A DNA stretch of 61,717 bases, the filler included. It is 3 parts of 3 records of this genome, joined end to end, with 100 filler letters (N's around TTAATTAATTAA, not from the genome) between each part and the next. Parts side by side here need not be neighbours in the genome. Positions count along the whole stretch, not along the records: positions 42,516 to 61,717 come from SRR20825006_150; 2 more parts are not named here. One strand, 5' to 3'. Shown in pieces: positions 56,453-61,717 of this stretch (position 1 is the first letter of the stretch; the number at the start of each line of letters is the position of its first letter). The translations under genes and the position numbers were made by a program. The notes beneath the pieces were generated by a model. It did not search any database, was not told where the DNA came from, and saw only the letters and a list, made by a program, of their open reading frames with translations.

Positions 56453-57433
56453 ATGAAACGCAGACAGTTTTTAAGAATGGCTGGAGGCACGACAGCCGCC
56501 GCTGTGATGATGGCAGTCGTAAAGGTGGGTAGTGGACCTGCTTTTGGTAATAATCTGGCCAAAGATTATACAGCGAACGATTATGGACATAAACGGCAGT
56601 ATATGCAGTCAAAATTCGGTCGCATCGCATATCTGGATGAGGGGCGCGGAGATACTGTACTTCTGTTGCATGGCTTTCCCCTCAATAATTTTCAGTGGCG
56701 TGGTGTTATACCCAGACTAACGGGCTTACGGCGTTGCCTTGCACCGGACTTTATGGGGCTAGGATATACAGAAGTAGCTCAAGGCCAAAGTGTTGCCCCT
56801 TTAGACCAAGCTGAGATGCTGGCGGACTTTTTGGATCAGCTCTCCATTGCATCTGTTGATCTTATTGCGAACGATAGTGGCGGTGCGGTCGCGCAGATAT
56901 TTGCTGTGAAGTACCCTGACAGGGTACGCAGCATTTTATTCACCAACTGTGACGTTGAGCCAGATAGCCCGCCACCAGCGCTTGAGCCGGTGATTGAAAT
57001 GGCACGAGACGGGACATATCCCGATAAGTGGCTTGTGCCTTGGCTGAACGACAAAGAACTCGCGCGCTCAAAAGACGGACTGGGTGGTCTCTGCTATAGC
57101 AAACCGGGGCAGCCGACCGATGAGGCGGTTGATATGTACCTCAGCCCGCTTGTGCGTAGCGCCGAGCGTAAAGCACTGACAAACGCTTATACCCTTGGGC
57201 TGACCCCCAACCCGCTCGCAGGAATTGAAGCAGAGCTTCGTAAGCTAAAGATGCCGGTGCGCATTGTTTGGGGCATGGCGGACGATATTTTTGCCAAAGA
57301 AAGCCCAGACTATCTTGACGGTATAATGCCAAATTCAAAAGGCATTCGACGGCTGAAAACCGCAAAACTGTTTTTTCCTGAAGAATACCCGGAAATTGTA
57401 GCGGACGAGGCAGTCAAGCTTTGGCGGGCATAG
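56453..57433 (+). CDS. Tat-exported alpha/beta hydrolase (haloalkane dehalogenase/epoxide hydrolase-like)
   Basis: MKRRQFL Tat motif; HGFP, PDFMGLG, ANDSGG nucleophile elbow. Confidence 0.85.
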   Translation: MKRRQFLRMAGGTTAAAVMMAVVKVGSGPAFGNNLAKDYTANDYGHKRQYMQSKFGRIAYLDEGRGDTVLLLHGFPLNNFQWRGVIPRLTGLRRCLAPDFMGLGYTEVAQGQSVAPLDQAEMLADFLDQLSIASVDLIANDSGGAVAQIFAVKYPDRVRSILFTNCDVEPDSPPPALEPVIEMARDGTYPDKWLVPWLNDKELARSKDGLGGLCYSKPGQPTDEAVDMYLSPLVRSAERKALTNAYTLGLTPNPLAGIEAELRKLKMPVRIVWGMADDIFAKESPDYLDGIMPNSKGIRRLKTAKLFFPEEYPEIVADEAVKLWRA

Positions 57434-57446
57434 GGGGTAGAGGGTT

Positions 57447-57472
57447 AGCATGCGGGAGAACTTCCGCATGCT
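57447..57472. terminator. Hairpin between convergent genes
   Basis: AGCATGCGGGAG-aa-CTTCCGCATGCT. Confidence 0.6.
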
Positions 57473-58797
57473 TAACTTTCCGCAATACGAACCATCTCAT
57501 TCACGTCGACAAGTTTTTTGCGCGGGGCGCCTGCCGCCGCGCTGGCTTCCTCACTTGCCTCAATTTTCTTCCAGGTTTGGAAGGTCACGATATGAAGGTC
57601 ACGCTCCTTCACAACATGGTCAAGGCCCGCGCGGCCTGCTTTCCCCGAAGCGTGTACTTCACTGAGGATTTTTTGAGCCACCTCGACACCATCTGGCTTA
57701 TTGGTGCCGATGGTGCCTGTGGGGCCGCGCTTTGCCCAGCCTACGCAATAAAGGCCATCGTCGATGCGGCCGTCCTCATTTTCAAAGTGACCGTAGCGTT
57801 CACTATAGGGCACGTCAGGTATTGGGCTGGTGCGATACCCGATGCACGGCACGATCAGCCCGGCAGGCAACACTTCTGTGACGCCCGTACCAATACATTT
57901 GCCGTCTTCAACGCGTGTTTCTTCAAGCCGGATGCCGCAGACACATTTTTCACCCAGTATCGCCATAGGGCGGCGATAAAACTGGAGGTGAAGGCGCACG
58001 GGTTTCATGTCAGGCGTGTTGGCTGCCATGGTTCTTAACGCTGCCATGTTCTTTTTGGCGGCACCTGCGAGTGTTTCACCTGTGGCCTCATCAGGCAGTT
58101 GGCTTCCATCCACCAGCGCAACGCAGTTCTCCAGCCGGTTTAGTTCACCAAGCTCTTTGGGGGTGAAGCTGGCTTCAAGCGGACCGCGTCGTCCAAGGAT
58201 ATATATATCCTTGATCGGGGAACCGTGGATGCTGTTGGCAGCATGGTCAGCCAAGTCTGATGACGACATCTCGCTGGCGGTTTTAGCCAGCACACGGGCT
58301 ACATCAACCGCTACATTACCGTTACCGATCACAGCGACAGACGCGACGCGTAGATCAGGCTGCAGGTCTTTATAATCAGGGTGCGCATTGTACCAGCCAA
58401 CAAAGGCGCCCGAGCCTATGACGCCATGCAGGTCTTCACCTTCAATGCGCAGCGGGCGATCTTTACCCGCGCCTGTTGCAAGCACAACAGCGTCATACAG
58501 TTCGCGTAACTCTGTGAGTGTAATATCACGGCCAAGCGAGAGGTTGCCGACAAACCGTACATTGTCGCGCTGGTTGGTGGCCTCATACCGGCGAGATACG
58601 TTTTTGATGGATTGATGGTCAGGGGCGACACCGGCACGGATCAGGCCAAATGGCGTAGGGAGACGGTCAATGATATCAACATTCACTGATTGATCGGTCC
58701 CTGTCAGTGCTTCGGCGGTATAGTAACCAGCAGGACCTGCGCCGATGACTGCGACATTCAATGTGTCTGGACCGTTCAAAGCGCCGTTTTTGCCCAT
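57472..58797 (-). CDS. Ferredoxin-NADP+ reductase (adrenodoxin reductase/FprA type)
   Basis: IGAGPAG, PFGLIR.GVAPDH, FVGWYN, GNGNVA.DVAR, GRRG, GWAKRGPTG.IGTN. Confidence 0.92.
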   Translation of the reverse strand: MGKNGALNGPDTLNVAVIGAGPAGYYTAEALTGTDQSVNVDIIDRLPTPFGLIRAGVAPDHQSIKNVSRRYEATNQRDNVRFVGNLSLGRDITLTELRELYDAVVLATGAGKDRPLRIEGEDLHGVIGSGAFVGWYNAHPDYKDLQPDLRVASVAVIGNGNVAVDVARVLAKTASEMSSSDLADHAANSIHGSPIKDIYILGRRGPLEASFTPKELGELNRLENCVALVDGSQLPDEATGETLAGAAKKNMAALRTMAANTPDMKPVRLHLQFYRRPMAILGEKCVCGIRLEETRVEDGKCIGTGVTEVLPAGLIVPCIGYRTSPIPDVPYSERYGHFENEDGRIDDGLYCVGWAKRGPTGTIGTNKPDGVEVAQKILSEVHASGKAGRAGLDHVVKERDLHIVTFQTWKKIEASEEASAAAGAPRKKLVDVNEMVRIAES

Positions 58798-58960
58798 ATA
58801 TCCCTCCCTGATTTGGCCCTAGCATGCCACGCCTGAGACATTTCGCCAAGTCGGGTGAGGTAAAGCTGCTGGTAGGTGAGCGCTACTGTGCTAAACTGTT
58901 AGTTTAAGAGGCGCGAGTGTTGCGTTGTGCCGGTTACAAAAGCAATAAACGGGGGAAATC

Positions 58961-60733
58961 ATGAAATCGTTATTGCCACCATTTGCTCTACTTGCCGCCT
59001 GTGGCGGTCTCTATTTGTTGCAGGCACCCAATGAGGCTGGTGTGGCCGATCCGGTGCCTTACGCCTTTAACCCGACAGAGATCAGGCAGAATATCTGCGG
59101 CCCGGTCGGCACGAAGCGCGGAATACTGTTTCGCCCGGATGTGGCACATCTGTTGTCGAGCGCAGCATTCGCCGACGATGTTTCAGACACGGACGTACCG
59201 CTGATTGAGGGGCTGGATGATCGAGATTTCCCAATTTCAAGCGAAGTAGCCCTGACACGCGCCTATTTCCGCCAGGGTTTTGCTCTGCTCTATGGCTTTA
59301 ACCATTGGGAAGCGGTCCGTGCCTTCAAAAAGGCTCAGGAGTTAGACCCAGAATGCGCAATTTGTTATTGGGGGGAGGCTTATGCGCTTGGCCCGAATAT
59401 CAACGCCCCGATGGATGAGGCCGCACATGCACAGGCGGTTGTGGCGGTTGAGCAAGCACATAGTCTCCGTCAATACGCAAATGAGCGCGAAGCACAGCTA
59501 ATTGATGCATTGCGGCAGCGCTACAGCATGGATGAAAATGTCACCCGCGCTGAGTTGGACCAAAAGTATGCGGATGCAATGGCGGGGGTGGTAAAGCTGT
59601 ACCCAAATGATCAGGATATCGCCACACTGTATGCGGAATCGTTGATGGATGCCTCGCCTTGGGATTATTGGGAAAGAGATTTCACCACCCCGAAACCTCA
59701 CATTCAAGTCGCGATCGACACGATTGAGAAGGTCCTCGCCACCAATCCGGATCACTACGGCGCAATCCATCTATATATTCACCTGTATGAAGCAAGCAGC
59801 ATTGCAGCAAAGGCCGAACCTTATGCCGACAAGCTTGCCGGCCTAGCGCCGGGGGCGGGGCATTTGGTGCATATGCCGGGGCATATTTATTATCGTATCG
59901 GCCGTTATCTGGATAGTTTGGAGACCAACATCAAAGCTGTGGCGGTGGATGAGGCCTACCTCGCGAGTACATCGGGCTCTAACCTCTACCGTTTCGGCTA
60001 TTATCCGCACAATGTGCATTTTGTGTTGGTGTCGGCGCAAATGGCATCAGACGGCGCGGTTGCGCTCGAATACGCCGCTAAACTTGATGCGCTGATCCCT
60101 CTTGAAGTGCTCCGGGAAGCAGCCTGGATTGCGCCAATCAAAGCGGCGCCATATTTTGTGCAGGCGCAGTTTTCGAGCCTTGATGAAGTGCTTGCCTTAC
60201 CTGATCCGGGGGAAGATTTCGCCTATATCAAGGCTATGTGGCATTATGCGCGTGGTACAGCGCTTGCGGCAGCTGGCGATGCACGAGCGGAAGCTGAAAT
60301 AGAGGCCATTGAGGCGCTTCTTGAGCATGAGGATATTAAAAATGCCAGCATACCTGCGGTGGCGATTCTTCGTGTTGCGAGGGATACGGTAGAAGGCCGA
60401 TACCTGATGAGCCAAGGGAAACATCTTGAGGCAGTGCCGCTGTTTGAAAAGGCGGTCGCAAGCCAAGACAGCATGAGCTACACAGAACCGCCTTTTTGGT
60501 ATTATGCTGCAGAGCAGAGCCTTGGCGCGGCCTATTATGAAGCAGGAAGGTATGATGATGCCGAGAATGCGTTCAAGGCGAGCCTCGTGCGGCACCCCAA
60601 CAGCGCTTGGTCTCTGTTTGGTTTGTGGCAGACGCAAGTGAAGCTTGGGCGTGATGGGGAAGCCGCGATGACCAAAAAGCTGCTTGAGCGAGCGAGCCAC
60701 AATAGTGAAAATGTACCGTTTATAAAGCTCTAG
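58961..60733 (+). CDS. TPR-repeat protein with His-rich motifs
   Basis: YGFNH.EA.RAF, CAICYWGEAYALGPNIN, HLYIH, HLVHMPGHIY, YYPHNVHF; N-terminal LAA-C. Confidence 0.8.
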   Translation: MKSLLPPFALLAACGGLYLLQAPNEAGVADPVPYAFNPTEIRQNICGPVGTKRGILFRPDVAHLLSSAAFADDVSDTDVPLIEGLDDRDFPISSEVALTRAYFRQGFALLYGFNHWEAVRAFKKAQELDPECAICYWGEAYALGPNINAPMDEAAHAQAVVAVEQAHSLRQYANEREAQLIDALRQRYSMDENVTRAELDQKYADAMAGVVKLYPNDQDIATLYAESLMDASPWDYWERDFTTPKPHIQVAIDTIEKVLATNPDHYGAIHLYIHLYEASSIAAKAEPYADKLAGLAPGAGHLVHMPGHIYYRIGRYLDSLETNIKAVAVDEAYLASTSGSNLYRFGYYPHNVHFVLVSAQMASDGAVALEYAAKLDALIPLEVLREAAWIAPIKAAPYFVQAQFSSLDEVLALPDPGEDFAYIKAMWHYARGTALAAAGDARAEAEIEAIEALLEHEDIKNASIPAVAILRVARDTVEGRYLMSQGKHLEAVPLFEKAVASQDSMSYTEPPFWYYAAEQSLGAAYYEAGRYDDAENAFKASLVRHPNSAWSLFGLWQTQVKLGRDGEAAMTKKLLERASHNSENVPFIKL

Positions 60734-60911
60734 TCAGCTGCCAAAAACGAACCCCACGCGATTTTCTTTTATAGGTGATCGCGTGGGTATGAATGCTTTT
60801 GACGTCGTGCCTTGAAGCTTTCGCGACCATATGTAGAGGCATCTTTATCCGTGCCGTAGCGGCCGAAATCAAATCAGTCTCAAAATATTCACAAAAAATC
60901 TGCTGTACCCC

Positions 60912-60940
60912 CTTGAACCTGTCACGAGAGAGGCATAAAT
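60912..60940 (+). promoter_or_regulatory. RpoH (sigma32)-type promoter
   Basis: CTTGAA-N16-CATAAAT, resembling the alphaproteobacterial heat-shock consensus. Confidence 0.6.
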
Positions 60941-60952
60941 AGAGGCACGGTG

Positions 60953-60979
60953 TTAGCACTCATGGGAAGTGAGTGCTAA
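60953..60979 (+). promoter_or_regulatory. CIRCE element (HrcA operator)
   Basis: Exact TTAGCACTC-N9-GAGTGCTAA. Confidence 0.97.
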
Positions 60980-61018
60980 CAGTTCAAATTTCCGGTTTAT
61001 CATATTAGGAGACAAACC

Positions 61019-61306
61019 ATGGCTTTTCGTCCGCTTCATGACCGCGTATTGGTCAAGCGCCTAGAGAGCGAAGCTAAAACTGCTGGCGGCATCATTCTGC
61101 CGGATACAGTTAAAGAAAAACCATCAGAAGGCGAAGTGATCGCTGTTGGTACAGGTATCAAAGCCGAAGACGGCAAAGTAACCGCGCTTGACGTAAAGGT
61201 CGGCGACAAGGTTCTGTTCGGCAAATGGTCCGGCACCGAGGTTAAGGTTGACGGCCAAGACCTGCTGATCATGCAAGAAAAAGACATCATGGGGATCATT
61301 GAGTAA
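61019..61306 (+). CDS. groES: Co-chaperonin GroES
   Basis: [37 protein letters not shown]. Confidence 0.98.
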   Translation: MAFRPLHDRVLVKRLESEAKTAGGIILPDTVKEKPSEGEVIAVGTGIKAEDGKVTALDVKVGDKVLFGKWSGTEVKVDGQDLLIMQEKDIMGIIE

Positions 61307-61315
61307 TCACTCTGA

Positions 61316-61717
<402 letters not shown>

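Overview
The window is not one genome. It joins three unrelated bacterial fragments with two identical 100-nt artificial linkers (N44-TTAATTAATTAA-N44, at 14791-14890 and 42416-42515). Segment 1 (1-14790) is GC-rich and Rhodopirellula/Planctomycete-like (inferred from gene content). It carries aroA, an MprF-type flippase domain, a lipoprotein MsrB, an esterase, mscL, an S10 peptidase, a sulfatase, a repeat-containing acidic protein and several extragenic palindromes. Segment 2 (14891-42415) is AT-rich and Flavobacteriaceae-like. It carries queA, aroA, a DUF3857/transglutaminase pair, dtd, rsgA, a parDE module, pheA plus DAHP synthase/chorismate mutase under an unannotated Phe/Tyr/Trp leader-peptide attenuator, gldA, a duplicated PagL-like + GIN-lipoprotein module, and a SAM-I riboswitch-led methionine operon. 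That operon has a MetX-homoserine dehydrogenase fusion, a split metH, and a four-helix-bundle gene enclosed by 33-bp inverted heptamer-repeat arms. Segment 3 (42516-61717) is alphaproteobacterial. It carries a partial tRNA-Gln, a double TonB_C protein, kynABU, an unannotated 39-aa lipoprotein, azoR, msrB, sppA, an XRE/MmyB regulator facing a Tat-exported hydrolase that lacks the catalytic His, a ferredoxin-NADP reductase, a TPR protein and CIRCE-groES-groEL (partial). The best candidates for new biology are the inverted-heptamer four-helix-bundle cassette (34554-34987), the aromatic attenuator (26006-26134) and the duplicated PagL-like/GIN module. All calls come from reading motifs by eye; no searches were run.
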